Translations under genes and position numbers: made by a program
Notes under the pieces: generated by a model
Database searches by the model: none
What the model was told of the DNA's origin: nothing
What the model saw: the letters and a program-made list of their open reading frames with translations, nothing else
NCBI GenBank assembly: GCA_002269645.1
Contig: NIVC01003085.1
Span: 56,492-120,491, forward strand
DNA: 64,000 nt
Direction of reading: 5' to 3'
Source: Macrostomum lignano
Lineage: Eukaryota
Shown here: in pieces, positions 1 through 12,810 of the stretch
Layout: every line of letters starts with the position of its first letter
Position numbering within the stretch: position 1 is the first letter of the stretch

Positions 1-478
1 CCAAATAATCATCAATAATAGACTGTAGTGTCTAATAAATATCTTAACTGAAATAAATTATTATGCAACTGATTGTTTTGCATTTGTTTATTTTATCTTA
101 TTTATTCTAGTAAAATTTTCTTTATTCAAAACAATGCTGAGTATGATTTTTTGACTTAAAAACCTAGGAGAATCAAAAATGTCTAAGAAGCTTAAATTAT
201 ACAGCTAGACATGTTAGATATTGTTGCTTTTGCAAAAAGCTGGGTATTGAAATATGGTATTGGAATTAGTGTATTAACAATATTCAAAATTTGGGTATTC
301 GAGTTTAAGGTATTGGGTAATTACTTTTTTATAGATTACATGTATTGAAGTATCACTTTTAACTAACTGTTAGCTAAAGAACTGTTCATATTGACAATGT
401 GAAACTTTAGGCTTATAAAAGGGGCTAGTGGGAGTTTCCAAAACCAGCAAAATTGTGCCCACAATAATTTTGCTGCAG

Positions 479-3400
479 CCAATAGCAACAGCAACAGTCG
501 CGGCCTCCAGTGTCGCAGCAGCAGCAGGCGATGCCTTTCGGGCTGCACAGTACCGCCACCACTGCCGCCGTCAGTGCCGCACTGTGCATGCAGTTCGCAC
601 AGTTGCTATGCACAGACTCCCGGCAGGCTACGGCTTCAGCATCAGCGGCCAGCGTCCGTGCGTTGTTAGCGCAGTTGTGCCTGGCAGCGCCGCGCAGCAC
701 GCCGGCCTGAAACCTGGCGATTACCTGCTGGGCGTCAATGGCCAGCCAGTTGATGGGGCTGAGCACGAGCGAGTGGCTGCATTGATTGGCGCCAGCGGCG
801 ACTCTCTGGCGCTTCAGGTTGTGTCAGTGAGTTGGTCAACTTTTGTAGGGAACGTAGAGGTTTTGATAATTCAGAGGGTCTAGGGAATTTAGCTTTAGCT
901 GTTGGAATTTTGATGGTGTGAGCAATTTAAAGGGTGTAGGTAATTTAAAGCGTGTGGGGAATTCAAAGCGTGTGGGTGATTTAAAGGGTGTGGGGAATTT
1001 AAAGCGTGTGGAGAATTAAAGCGTGTGGGGAGTTTAAATAGGTATAGGGATGGGGAATTTAAGGATGTGGGGGAATTTAAAGCGTGTGGGGAGTTTAAAG
1101 GGGTAAAGGGGTGGGGAATTTAAAGGATGTGGGGAATTTATTGGGTGTGGGGAATTTGTAGGGTGTGGGGAATTTATAGGGTGTAGGGAAATTAAAGGCT
1201 GTGACTTAAAAAAAAATCAATGGCGGAACGGATTTTAGGGGCTGGGGGGAAGCTTCTAAGACGTAGGAAGCTTTTGGGCATTTGGGACTTTTTGAGAAAG
1301 TTGATGGCATTGCAATATTTCGAGCTCAGTCTGAGGTTCAAAACAAGGCTCAGTCTGAGGTTCGAAGCCCACTGTTACTTTGGACTTGGCGGCCCTCATC
1401 AATATGACAACAGAATTCGTGAGCACTACTCAGAGCGAGAACTCATTCTTAATCTGTGATGCCGAGCAGGCCGAGCCCAGCCTCCTAGGCGCCTGCTCAG
1501 ACAATGATGAAGCGGAAATGCCGCATCAAAAGCTGGCACAGCAACAGGCGCCGCCTCCGCCACCACCGCGGCATCAGCACTGCGGCGCCATCGGGCCGGA
1601 GCAGCGCTACGAAGACGCCGCCGCTGCCACTGCCCCGGCTCTGTCGGGCGAGCTGGCGGGCCGCTGGCTGGTCATCCACGTCGCCAGCCTGCAGCTGCCG
1701 GTCCCGGCGCCCGCCGACCGGCTGCGCGTCGTTCGCTCGGCGATCGCCAGCGCCCGCGCCGCGGCCCGCCTGCAGCCGTCGTCGCCCTCGGCCTCGCCGT
1801 CCTCACTATCGCCGTCGTCTTCGACCTCGTCGACGAAGCCGACGCCGACTCCAGCAACTTCCGCGGCGGGCCAGCCGACCCTTCTGGAGGTGACGCCGCG
1901 CTCTGTCAGCCTCGCCGACGCCCGAGGCCGCTCGCTGCTCAGCCTGCCAGCAGACAGTCTGGCCTTCGTCTGCGCCTACAACGAGGACGCCCGCTACTTT
2001 GCTCTCCTCACCGTCGCTGGCGCGGTGCACATCTTCCGGGTCAGCGGCCGCCTAGCCGATCATCGGCGCCGCGGTCACGCTCGATGGACGGCGGCGTTCG
2101 GATTGAACTGCCAGCCGGACGAGTCCGCTGGCTGCTGCACCCAGCTGCCTCAGGTGGCGGCTCCCATCGTGCACCGGCTGGTGCGCCTGTTCGCCGACAA
2201 GGAGGCCGCGGCGCCGCCCAGTCTGAGCTATCCGACCCCGCCGCCGTCTGGCCCGCCGGCTCTCAATCGACAGCAGCGCCAGCTTCGTCGACCGTCGGTT
2301 CCGATACACGTCGCCGACTCTTCATCGGGCACCCTGACTGGCCTGGCGGCATCGTTGAACTCAACAGTCAGGACGCTGGCCTCTGGAGAAGTTGTTCAAG
2401 GGCAGCAGCAAAAGACGGATGTCGCTCCGTCGACGCGATGGACAACTGGACTCAGTGCGCTCTCTTGTGAGGTACAGATTTACGCTCGTACCTGTTATTA
2501 TATTGGTGACTGGGATTCCCCTAACTGGATTCCTCTAGCTGGGATTCTCCTAGCTATAATTCCCCTAATTGGATTCCCCGAACTGGGATTTTCCTAGCAG
2601 GGATTTCCCTAACTGGATTCCCCTAGCTGGGATTCTCCTAGCTGATATTCTCCTAGCTGGGATTCCCCTAGCTGGATTCCTCTAGCTGGATTCCCCTAGC
2701 TGGGATTCTCCTAACTGGAATTCCCCTAACTGAATTCCTCTAGCTGGGATTCCCCTAGCTGGGATTCCCCTAGCTGGAATTCCCCTAGCTGGGATTCTCC
2801 TAACAGGATTCTCCTAACAGGATTCTCCTATCTGGGATTCCCCTAATTGGATTCCACTGTCAGGAATTTTCCTAACTGTGATTTCACTGACTGGGATTCT
2901 ATTTAACTGGAGCTCCACTGACTTGAACTCCACTGAAGAAACCAAATCTTAGCTGACAGAATGATATGAGGTAGTGTTATTATTGTAAAGCGGAGAAAAC
3001 TGCCGCTTTTTTTGCGCATCAGGCAGCAAGTGTCCAATGCCGAAGAGCTAGTTTCCCTCATAGCTGACCTTTTAACTAATATGTCTCACTTAAAAAGCAA
3101 TTACAAATTAACGCTAGGTAACTAATTAAGTAAAGCCAGCGGCCTCGCCTCTCCATACCGCAGAATCTGGCCAGCAGCGCCTCCTCCGATGACGCCGAAT
3201 CGCCGCCAATCGTTGCCGACAATCAGCGCCGACGCAGCGGCGGCGACTTCGGCGTCGGTACGGGAATCGGCGCCAAATTCGTCCCGGCGCCGCCGCCGCT
3301 GCTGCGCCGCCGGCCCCAATCGGCGATGGCGTTCGGCTCCGGCGTCGTTGATGCGCCCGACGCCATCGACGATACAGCCGCCACTGGCGGTCCCTCCGAC

Positions 3401-6400
3401 TGGTCGGCCGGGCTGGACCGCCTGCTGGCCGACCCGACTGGCGTCAAGCTGTTCGCCGAATTTCTGCGCGGCGAGTTCAGCGAAGAGAATGTCGCCTTCT
3501 GGCTGGCTGTTGAGCGGTATAGGGCGATTGAGGACCAGGAGGCAGTGAGTTCGGGGCTGGGGATGAGTAGTGGGATCGGGACTTCGCTAGTTGGGATCGG
3601 AACTTTGGTAGTTGGAATCAGGACTTTGATAGTTGGGATCAGGACTTTAGTAGTTGGGATCAGGACTTTGATAGTTGGGATCGGGACTTTGCTAGTTGGG
3701 ATCGGGACTTCGATAGCTAGGATCGGGACTTTGGTAGTTGGGATCAGGACTTTAGTAGTTGGGATCAGGACTTTGATAGTTGGGATCAGGACTTTGATAG
3801 TTGGGGTCGGGACTTCGATAGTTGGGATCGGGACTTCCGTTAGTTGGGATTTGGACTTCCGTTAGTTGGGATCGAGACGTCGATAGTTGGGATCGAGACG
3901 TCGATAGTTGGGATCGAGACGTCGATAGTTGGGATCGGGACGTCGATAGTTGGAATCGGGACGTCGATAGTTGGGATCGGGACGTCGATAGTTGGGATCG
4001 GGACGTCGATAGTTGGGATCGGGACGTCGATAGTAGGGATCGGGACGTCGATAGTAGGGATCGGGACTTTGGTATTTGGATCAAGACTTCCGTTAGTTGG
4101 GATCGGAACTTCCGTTAATTGGGATCGGGACTTCCATTAGTTTGGATGGGGACTTCGATAGTTGGGATTTAGACTCAAATAGTTGGGATCGGGAGTCAGA
4201 GAGTTAGGACCGGTGACTTATGAGTTCGGATTTTATGATCAGGGCTTAATAAATTGGGATCGGGAAACTCCGGCATGGAAACCCAGCAGTCACTGGAAAA
4301 TAGTGTCGGATGCGCTGCTCCCATCCGCAGCTGTCAACCGAAGCCGCCCGCATAGTATACGACTTCATCGGCATCAACGCGCCGCAGTGCGTCAATCTGG
4401 ACGGCGCCACGGTTGAGCAGCTTCGCGCCGATATTCTGGACGCCAGTCGGCCGCCGCCAAGTCGACACGCGTTCGACAAGGCGCAGCGGCACATCTACGA
4501 TCTGATGCGGATGGACAGCTACGCCAGGTTCCTCAAGTCCAGCTGCTACCGGGAGGCTGTGGCCGCGGCCGCAGCACAGCGACAACAGCGACCGTTGACT
4601 ATCGGGGCCGAGACTCTCGACAACGGCGGCGGGGCCAAGCGGCGCGGCTTCTTGGCGAGCTTGGTTCGCGGTGAGCTGGCCTTGCCACGGTCCTTACTCT
4701 CAGAGTCCCGATCCCTACTCCCAGTCCTGATCCCTACTCTCAGAGTCCTGATCCCTACTCTCAGAGTCCTGATCCCTACTCTCAGTCCCGATCCCTACTC
4801 CCAGTCCTGATCCCTACTCTCAGTCCTGATCCCTACTCTCAGTCCTGATCCCTACTCTCAGTCCCGATCCCTACTTTCAGATTCCCAATCCCTGCTCTCG
4901 GAATCTTGATCCCTACTTCTTAGTTTTTAATCCCAAATTTGAGTCCTAATTTTATTTAAATTCCAATCGCTTCTTAGCGCTTATTTCGGAAGGCCCCTTT
5001 TACTAGGAATTAAAAATTGTGTAAATTTTTGGCTACTAAAACTTATTAAACAATTGTTTATACAGGCCGCACGCTGAGACGCCACTCCGATCAGCAGCAG
5101 CAGCACGGATCTCGGTCACCGTCACCTCCGTCTGCATCAGCGCTGCCCACCGCTGCGGGCTGCTGCCGCGTTCAGCTGGCTGACGGCTCCTCGGCTCTGC
5201 TGGACGTTCGCGGCGCAGCCGGCCAGCAGCAGCGCAGCCTGCGCGAGGCCCTGCTAGATCTCTGCGAACGGCGCGGCCTCAACTTTGCCGCCGCTGAAGT
5301 CCGCGTGCTCAACGACGACGAGCCCGACGGTGTCAGCGGCAGCGGCGGTCTGGACGCTCCACTGTCGGCGTTCGCTGGCCGGCAAATCCGGATGGAACGG
5401 CGAGTTCTGTTCCGGCTAGAGCTGCCAGCCCCAGCCGGCCGGTGCGTCGGTGTCCGAGCTCGGCCAGCCAAATCGCTGCGTGACGTGCTGCGCCCGGTGT
5501 GCGGTCGGTACGGCCTCCGCCTGGACCGGCTCGTGGTCTGCCGCGAGTCCGGCTTCGTGCCGCTGGGCCTGGACGCTCCGGTTGACTGCGTTGACGGCCT
5601 CCGCCTGTGCGCCCTGCCCAAGGAGGACTTTGTCGGTGAGTTGTGCGGCGTCTGTGGAGCAGGCAGACAAGAATGTTGCTCCCTGTTTCCGGGGGCGCAG
5701 TGAGATCATGCTCTTTCCCTTATTAGATGGGGTCGTTCCTAACCAAAGAGAAGTCTCCGATTTCGCTTTAAAATATTTCGCGTATGCAAAAAGCCGCCTA
5801 TTATGATTTATTAACCGTTATAGTTACGTAACTTTAACCGCTGTGCTAAGCTAATCAATTAACCTAATTAATTAATCGTTAATCCTGTCACTATTTCGTT
5901 AACGCTTCGACCCAGCGGATTTATTTGGCCGTATTTGCTTGCAGATTTTCACCTCTTTGGCGACAACAGGGTGCCGCCGCGCCGACGGCAAAACCACCAG
6001 CAGAAGTCGGCCGCCAGTGCGGTCAAAAGATCTAGCATTGGCCATGCGGTGCACAGGCTGCTTAAAAGCTCCTTTGCCTAGGCCTGTCTCTTTCATGTGC
6101 CCATAGTCGTCTCTCATTGGCTGACAACCGGTGCTTGCACCCACCTCACTTCGTAGTCATCTCTCATTGGCTGATACCCCGTGCTTGCACCCACCTCACT
6201 TCGTAGTCGTCTCTCATTGGCTGATACCTCGTGCTTGCACCCACCTCACTTCGTAGTCGTCTCTCATTGGCTGATGCCTCGTGCTTGCACTTAGTGCTGT
6301 AATATTTAATGTTTTCTTCTTTTTTGTTTGTCCGCGATTTAATAGCAGTATTTTTAGCAAAAAAGTGGTTACAAAAATTCAAGTCGACGCATTTTGTCTT

Positions 6401-7895
6401 AACTTTTCTTTTTACTAATAATGCATTTTTGTAACATCCTGTTGTTTTTACGAGCTTGCGCGGCTGATCGAATTATAATTTCCAAGCGTTTTATGAAATT
6501 TTTAGAGAGCCTATTTGCTAAGAATATAAAGCTAGAATTTTATGATTGCTTTCATGCCTCCTACACGCAGCACGTTAAACTTTTTATGCTCTATTAGAAT
6601 ACGTTTCTACCTAAAAAGATCGCTGCTCCTCAGCTGCCCCAGTTCCTACCTGCCCCAGTACCCACCTACCCCAGTTCCCACCTGACCTAGTTCCTATCTG
6701 ACCCAGTTCCCACATGAACCAGTTCCCATCTGACCTAGTTCCTACCTGCCCCAGTTCCCACCTGCCCCATTTCCCACCTGCCCCAGTTCCCACCTGACCC
6801 AGTTCCCACCTGCCCTAGTTCCTACCTGACCCAGTTCCCACATGACCCAGTTCCCACCTGACCCAGTTCCTACCTGCCCCTTCCCACCTGCCCCAGTTCC
6901 CACCTGACCCAGTTCCCACCTGACCCATTTCCCACCTGCCCCAGTTCCCACCTGACCCAGTTCCCACCTGCCCTAGTTCCTACCTGACCCAGTTCCCACA
7001 TGACCCAGTTCCCACCTGACTCAGTTCCCACCTGCCCTAGTTCCTACAAGACCCAGTTCCCACATGACCCAGTTCCCACCTGACACAGTTCCCACCTGAC
7101 CTAGTTCCTACCTGCCCCAGTTCCCACCTGACCCAGTTCCCACCTGACCCAGTTCCCATCTGACCCAGTTCCCACCTGCCCAAGATCCCACCTGACCCAG
7201 TTCCCTATCAGACATCAATGTTAAGATTTACTATCCAGTAATGTGTTCTATTGCAATCTTACAGCAGCTTCACTATTTTATAATCCCCATTGCCTCAGCA
7301 ATGATATTTTCGTGTATATTTTTAACTTACTACTAACAGTAAATACGCGAGAATGTTTTCCCAATGCGAATTCAGTGAGTTTTTTAACAGGCTTCATTTA
7401 AAGCTGCCAGCTCAAAAGTTCGTCTAAGAGTGATTTAATTCTTTTATTCGTCAGCTTCTCTAGCGGCTCTGTTTCCATGGTTGTTACAAGTAATAGATTG
7501 GGTCGTTAGCTCATTTCAAAAAGATAAAAAATTTTAAATTCGACAGGCTAAGTGCAAAGGACGTTTATTGGATTTCAATTAGCAGTTTCGCTAATGCACG
7601 AATCACGAGCCTTTAAAAGGGGGTTTTCTAAACTCTATTCCATTTCTCAACTGATTGAGTACATCAGGCATCCATAACATAATTTTCAGACGATGAAGAT
7701 AAACTCGCTGCAGCTGCTGATGAGCGGCCACGCTCGCCACCGCCGCCGCCTCCAAGGCGTTGGCAACTGCCGCCGCGGACGCCCTCGCCGCCGTCGGTAT
7801 TCAAAGACGCTGACAGCGGGAGCGCCGCTGCTGCCCGAGCTCTGACACCGTCGCCAACTACGCACGAGCTGCTCATGCCTGTGCCGGACTCCTGA
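479..7895 (+). CDS. RGS12: RGS12/loco-like regulator of G-protein signalling (PDZ, PTB, RGS, two Ras-binding domains); multi-exon
   Basis: Exons by eye: 479-826 (PDZ: RTVAMHRLPAGYGFSISGQRPCVV...ERVAALIG; donor GTGAGT at 827), ~1434-2471 (PTB: LAFVCAYNEDARYFALLT...HIFRV...FGLNCQPD; acceptor uncertain), 3164-3544 and 4331-4670 (RGS box: LLADPTGVKLFAEFLRGEFSEENVAFWLAVERY / AFDKAQRHIYDLMRMDSYARFLKS), 5066-5635 (two RBDs), possible small exon 5945-6016, last exon 7690-7895 (TGA 7893-7895). Intron phases 0,0,0,1,1 are mutually consistent. Domain order matches the established RGS12 architecture. Confidence 0.9.
905..1200. repeat. G-rich degenerate minisatellite (GTGGGGAATTTAAAG-like) in RGS12 intron 1
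   Basis: Repeated gtggggaattta(a)ag units seen directly. Confidence 0.8.
2510..2910. repeat. ~15-bp minisatellite (GGGATTCCCCTAGCT) in RGS12 intron 2
   Basis: Tandem degenerate units seen directly. Confidence 0.85.
3565..4200. repeat. 21-bp minisatellite (GGGATCGGGACTTCGATAGTT) in RGS12 intron 3
   Basis: Tandem units; they explain the spurious 7-aa-repeat ORFs at 3752-4140. Confidence 0.9.
4695..4920. repeat. 19-21-bp minisatellite (CTCAGAGTCCTGATCCCTACT) in RGS12 intron 4
   Basis: Tandem units; their reverse complement resembles the intron-3 unit. Confidence 0.85.
6107..6291. repeat. 50-bp tandem repeat, ~4 copies
   Basis: gtcgtctctcattggctga...gtgcttgcacccacctcacttcgta recurs with period 50. 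Confidence 0.85.
6635..7205. repeat. 16-bp minisatellite (CCAGTTCCCACCTGAC)
   Basis: Tandem units seen directly. Confidence 0.9.
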
Positions 7896-8789
7896 ACTCT
7901 ACTGGGTTTCGGGGCACTTTTATTGGGCTACGAGTACTTTATTAGAGGCAGGGGGCTGTATGCAACCTGGCGCACTGTGAGCGACAATGTAAAAAACTTT
8001 TACCTAAACACAATGACAAGTCAAAACGGTCATTATTACACCATTCGGTGACTCCACTGGCAGATTTTTCTAATTGATAAAAGCAGGCATACTGCTATGA
8101 TTTTAAATTAAACTAATTAAAAATTTATGACTAAGATATAGACTCGCCTATTCTCTTATCTGATTTTCAGTTCAACTGTCCCTCGCCACACGTAATCAAT
8201 GTACATCATACTCTCTACGCAAATGACCAATCAGTTCACCCACCCCATTCCTCGTCCAATCAAATCAAATTACACAATCACACAGGAGTGTACAGCGGCC
8301 CTGACTTCATTAGTCATTAGACATGTACACTTCACTGTGCCTTGGGAGCAGAGCCAAGCTGAGATTCCAATTTAGACCCAAATTAATTTAAACTGCACTT
8401 GGAATCGAGCCTGGGCCACGGCCCTCTTCTATTGGGCCAAGTGATTTATTGCATTTTTGTTAATATAATGCAGCACTTCTACTTTGCCAATTGTTTATCT
8501 GTGATCTACTTAATATTTTACTCTTGTTTTAAGCTGCCTTTAAAAACAGTTATTGGCTAATTTTGCCGTTTTGTCATATCATTATACTAATAGTAGTAAC
8601 AGACAGGTGCTGTTTCTCTGTTTTTTGGTATATATATTTAATAAATCTTTGTGAGTAAAAAGTGTCTGGCGTTCGAGTAATTATGTATGGGCTTATTTTG
8701 CTCTTTTAAATCATTTGCAATTGCATGAGATTTCCTGCATACAGTCTAGTTAACAGTAATGGGACCGATTGCCAAACGAGTTGACAGCC

Positions 8790-10117
8790 CTACTGTCTGC
8801 AGCTGATGGCGGCCAGGGCGGCGGCTGGCAGCAGCAACCAGGAGAGGCCGGGCAGTCGCTCAGCGGAGTTGCACAGGTTTCCTTGGCAACAGTGCTGCCC
8901 GTTGCCACTGGAGTCTATGGCCTGAAGGCAGGCGCTGAGGCACTGGCGGCTGACCAAGCTCGACACTTTGCTTTTCTGGAATTGGAGTTTCCGCGTCACA
9001 ATTTTGTCTTTTCTTGCAATGCTGCGCTGATCACAAACTTATCATCAGCAGAAGTATTCACATTATTTATTTCTTTGGACAGTTAAATTGGGACTCGTTA
9101 AACGCTTTTGACAAGATGAAATTTGTTTTCTCCGACTCAGCGCGATCGGCTTCCTCTCTCTCTCTCTCTCCCACTTTCTCTCTCTCGCTCTCGCTCTCTC
9201 TCCCACTTTCTCTCTCTCTCTCTCTTTCTCTATCTCTCTCTCTCTCCCTCTCTCTCCCTCTCTCTTCCTCTCTCTCCCTCTCTCTCTCTTCTCTCTCCCT
9301 CTCTCTCTCTTCTCTCTCTCTCTCTCTTCTCTCTCCCTCTCTCTCTCTTCTCTCTCTCTCTCTCTATCTCTCTCCTTCTCTCTCTCCCTCTCTCTCTCTT
9401 TCTCTATCTCTCTCTCTCTCCCTCTCTCTCCCTCTCTCTCCCCCTCTCTCTCTTTCTCTCTCTCTCTCCCTCTCTCTATCTCTATCTCTATCTCTATCTC
9501 TATCTATCTCTCTATATCTCTCTCCCTCTCTCTTCAGTCATTTTTTAACGTGTCAGCGTCCGAGATTGGAGGTGCCTTCCTGTCCCCCCTCTCTCTCTCT
9601 CCCTCTCTCTCACTCTCTTTCTGTCTCACGCTCCCTCTCTCTCTTTGTTTCTCTCTCTTTAAAATTTATTATTTATTTAAATTCGAAATTTCGGAGAAAC
9701 ATTAACTAAATTGACTTATCAGTCTTTTTTCAACGTGTCAGCGCCCAAGATTGGAGGTGCCCTCCTCTCTTCCCATTTCCCTCTCTCTCGGTCTCTCCCC
9801 TCTCTCCCTGTTCGGGCACAACATTAAAAAATGCCTCTTGTAGGTTTCCCCCTTGTTAGTTCCTCAGGTCATAAAAGAGAGCAAGCACTCACTCCGCAGT
9901 AGGTGCAGTTGGTCGCTGTGGACACTTCGCTCATTTTGAAAGTCTCGCTGCACAGCGTGCAGGTGTAGCAATTGATGGCCTCGGCAGTCAGCATGAAGGC
10001 TATGAGGAAGTTTGGTTGGTTAGTCGGTTTTATCGGATTTCATCGCGAAATTCCCGGTGTCCCCCAGCTCTGTCTCTTACCCCCGAGCAGCAGCAGGAGA
10101 ACCAGTCCGAGTCGCAT
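8790..10117 (-). CDS. Ly6/uPAR (three-finger, LU domain) GPI-anchored protein, paralog 1
   Basis: Exons 10117-10081, 9999-9893 and 8975-8790 with GT/AG ends give MRLGLVLLLLLGAFMLTAEAINCYTCTLCSETFKMSEVSTATNCTYCGKSKVSSLVSRQCLSACLQAIDSSGNGQHCCQGNLCNSAERLPGLSWLLLPAAALAAISCRQ*. This has a signal peptide, 10 Cys with CYxC...CCxxxxCN, and a hydrophobic GPI tail. Confidence 0.88.
9150..9660. repeat. (CT)n-rich microsatellite in intron 2 of Ly6 paralog 1
   Basis: Pyrimidine CT runs; source of the Leu/Ser ORFs at 9014-9709. Confidence 0.95.
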
Positions 10118-10213
10118 TGTGCTTGCGGATCTGTGTTTAGATTTGGCAGCTCTTCGGAAAGTCTTCAGGATTGTGAACTTTGTTAGAATAGCAGGAACCG
10201 GAGCGCCTCCTCG

Positions 10214-10222
10214 TATATACAC
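10214..10222 (-). promoter_or_regulatory. Putative TATA element (GTGTATATA) upstream of Ly6 paralog 1; same motif at ~12521-12529 upstream of paralog 2
   Basis: Identical 9-mer ~100 bp upstream of both ATGs on the minus strand. Function is inferred. Confidence 0.45.
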
Positions 10223-10489
10223 GAGGTTTGGCTCTGGGCGTGGCTGTGGAACTGCGCGTGCAAGCAGCTAGTGTGTGAAATTGTCCGCTGAGAACTGTGG
10301 GTGAAGTCTGCGAAAAACTCAACTCGATGTGAATTCCCCACGGTCCACTTTCCACGGTTGTACCATTTAATTGGCTATTATGCACGGTTTCTGCATGGGC
10401 GTAGTCGGCTTTCTTTAATGTGTGGTTGCCAGCAATATGGGACCCCAGCAACCTAGAGCGACAGTAACGGCAACCGCCAGAACCGAGGG

Positions 10490-10985
10490 GCGCCGGTAAT
10501 GAGCGCCAGAATTGAGGGGTGCCAGTAATGACCGCTAAAATCTTGGGGTGACATCGTAATGAGCGCTAGAATCGAAGGGGCGCCAGTAATGAGCGCCAGA
10601 ATATTGAGGCACCAGTAATGAGTACTAGAATCTTGGGGCGCCAGTAATGAGTACTAGAATCTTGGGGCGCCAGTAATGAGTGCCAGAATCTTAGGGCGCC
10701 AGTAATGAGTACTAGAATCTTGGGGCGCCAGTAATGAGTACTAGAATCTTGGGGCGCCAGTAATGAGTACTAGAATCTTGGGGCGCCAGTAATGAGTACT
10801 AGAATCTTGGGGCGCCAGTAATGAGTACTAGAATCTTGGGGCGCCAGTAATGAGCGCCAGAATCTTAGGGCGCCAGTATAGAGAGCGCTATAGAATCTTG
10901 GGGCGCCAGTAATGAGTGCCAGAATCTTAGGGCGCCAACTAGTAATGAGTGCCAGAATCTTGGGGCGCCAGTAGTGAGCGCCATA
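10490..10985. repeat. 28-29-bp minisatellite (TTGGGGCGCCAGTAATGAGTACTAGAATC)
   Basis: Tandem units seen directly. Confidence 0.9.
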
Positions 10986-11909
10986 ATTGCACCAAGGAGA
11001 AATTGTGTGCATATTTGTATAACATTTCGTAAAACAGTTCTCCTCCTAAGCCCAGACCTCTGAGTCTGCTCTGAGGCTAACACCGTCCTCCCAGCCGACC
11101 CACTGAGCCCGGTAGGATCTGCTGACTATTAATTAGTCTACATGTAAAATCGCAAATCTGCCTGAAGTGCTGTGTTCTCTCTTCTTTGTTATTTCTTTCC
11201 GACGGGATCCTCACCTCACCGAAGGCTGAGACCCGAAGTGACTGGTGACAGCACTACCAACGCTACTGAGAAGGCTTCCGATTGCAGAAGACGGAGAGCC
11301 TACAACACTGTGCTAGCGCAGCCAGAGAAGCACAGGTACAATATTTGGTGCCAGCGGTGGGATACTGAAGGCCTAACAAACCACCCAAGCGCAAATCAAA
11401 TACAACAAAAGAGAAAATAGCCGTGTTCTGATAGGCTTAAATTAGTGTATAAATGGGGCGAAACCATCCTTTAACGCGATAATGTACGCGACCTTACTAT
11501 TAGTAGCTAAGTATGTATAAAAAGTCATATTTTTGTCATCAGGCCCGATTTTTATTTCATTATCATTCATTGTTATAATAAAATCTTAATTGATTTGCCT
11601 CTGAGATGGAAAAATTGAATTTCCCAACAAGACGTTGACGAGTTTATTTGATAAAATTAAAAAGGTGCTTTATATATTTGTTTTATAGTTCCCAAAAGAT
11701 GTTTTAATATTTGGGAATAATATAATTTATCGTTATGGATCAAATATAGTCTCAATACAATAACAATTATTGTTATGTGTTATACAAAGTACATTGATAC
11801 TCGAAATCTTATTATAGCCACCAAATACTACAGCAAGTGTCTCTTGTGTTATTATCAGGCGTAGTCAGTTATCATAATAAGTCCCTTTGAGGTCGAGTTG
11901 GCAGCCCAA

Positions 11910-12419
11910 TTACTGCCTGCAGCTGATGGCGGCCAGGGAGGCGGCTGGCAGCAGCAGCAGCAACCAGGAGAGGCCGCGCAGGCGCTCACCGGAGTTGCAC
12001 AGGTCGCCTTGGCAACAGTGCTGCCCGTTGCCATCAGAGTCCGTGGCCTGGGTGCAGACACTGAGGCACTGGCGGCTGATGACGCTCAATGCCTTGCTTT
12101 TCTGCAATTAGAGTTTTGCGTCACGAGTTCGTCCTGCATCAGTGCTTATTGCAAGCTGCTATCGATAAAATCTAGCGAGGACTCACCCCGCAGTAGGTGC
12201 AGCCGGTAGATGTGGACACTTCGCTGCTCTTGAAAGTCTCACTGCAGAGAAAGCAGGTGTAGCAACTGATGGCCTCAGCGGTCAGCATGGAGGCTGCGGG
12301 ATTTCAACCGGGAAGGGGTGGAGTTTAAAATGATTATAGATTACTGCTATCAAATAAGATGGCTATTAAGCTACAAGGAATTTACCTCCGAGCACAAGCA
12401 GTAGCAGGGCGACGCGCAT
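11910..12419 (-). CDS. Ly6/uPAR GPI-anchored protein, paralog 2
   Basis: Exons 12419-12386, 12293-12187 and 12101-11910 give MRVALLLLVLGASMLTAEAISCYTCFLCSETFKSSEVSTSTGCTYCGKSKALSVISRQCLSVCTQATDSDGNGQHCCQGDLCNSGERLRGLSWLLLLLPAASLAAISCRQ*. Exon 2 is 107 bp, as in paralog 1. Confidence 0.9.
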
Positions 12420-12810
12420 TCTGTGGCAGGCGCAACAGCGAACGGCAAAATATGGCTATGGAATTGAAGGCTGTTGAAGCTCGGCTTGGCTGGGTGCCGT
12501 TGCCGCTCAGCTCGGGTAATTATATACACCGCCAGCGGTTGCTATGGAGCCTCATGGGGTTGGTTGCACCATTCAAGCATCCATGCTTCTAAGTGTGTGC
12601 AGAGGCGGGTGATGGCTCCAGTTTTCTGTTACGCAGTTCTGTAATTGTCCTATTGGACTGGCATTCTATTTTCAAAAATAATTTGACGCAGTTGCAATTG
12701 CAAATAAACTCAGAATCTGTGGGACTACAGTATAACAAACCCATAGCAGGCGCCTCATCTAGCAAAAATACAGAAGTGATAGCTAAGGTTTCGGGCTCGC
12801 CTTGACAGGC

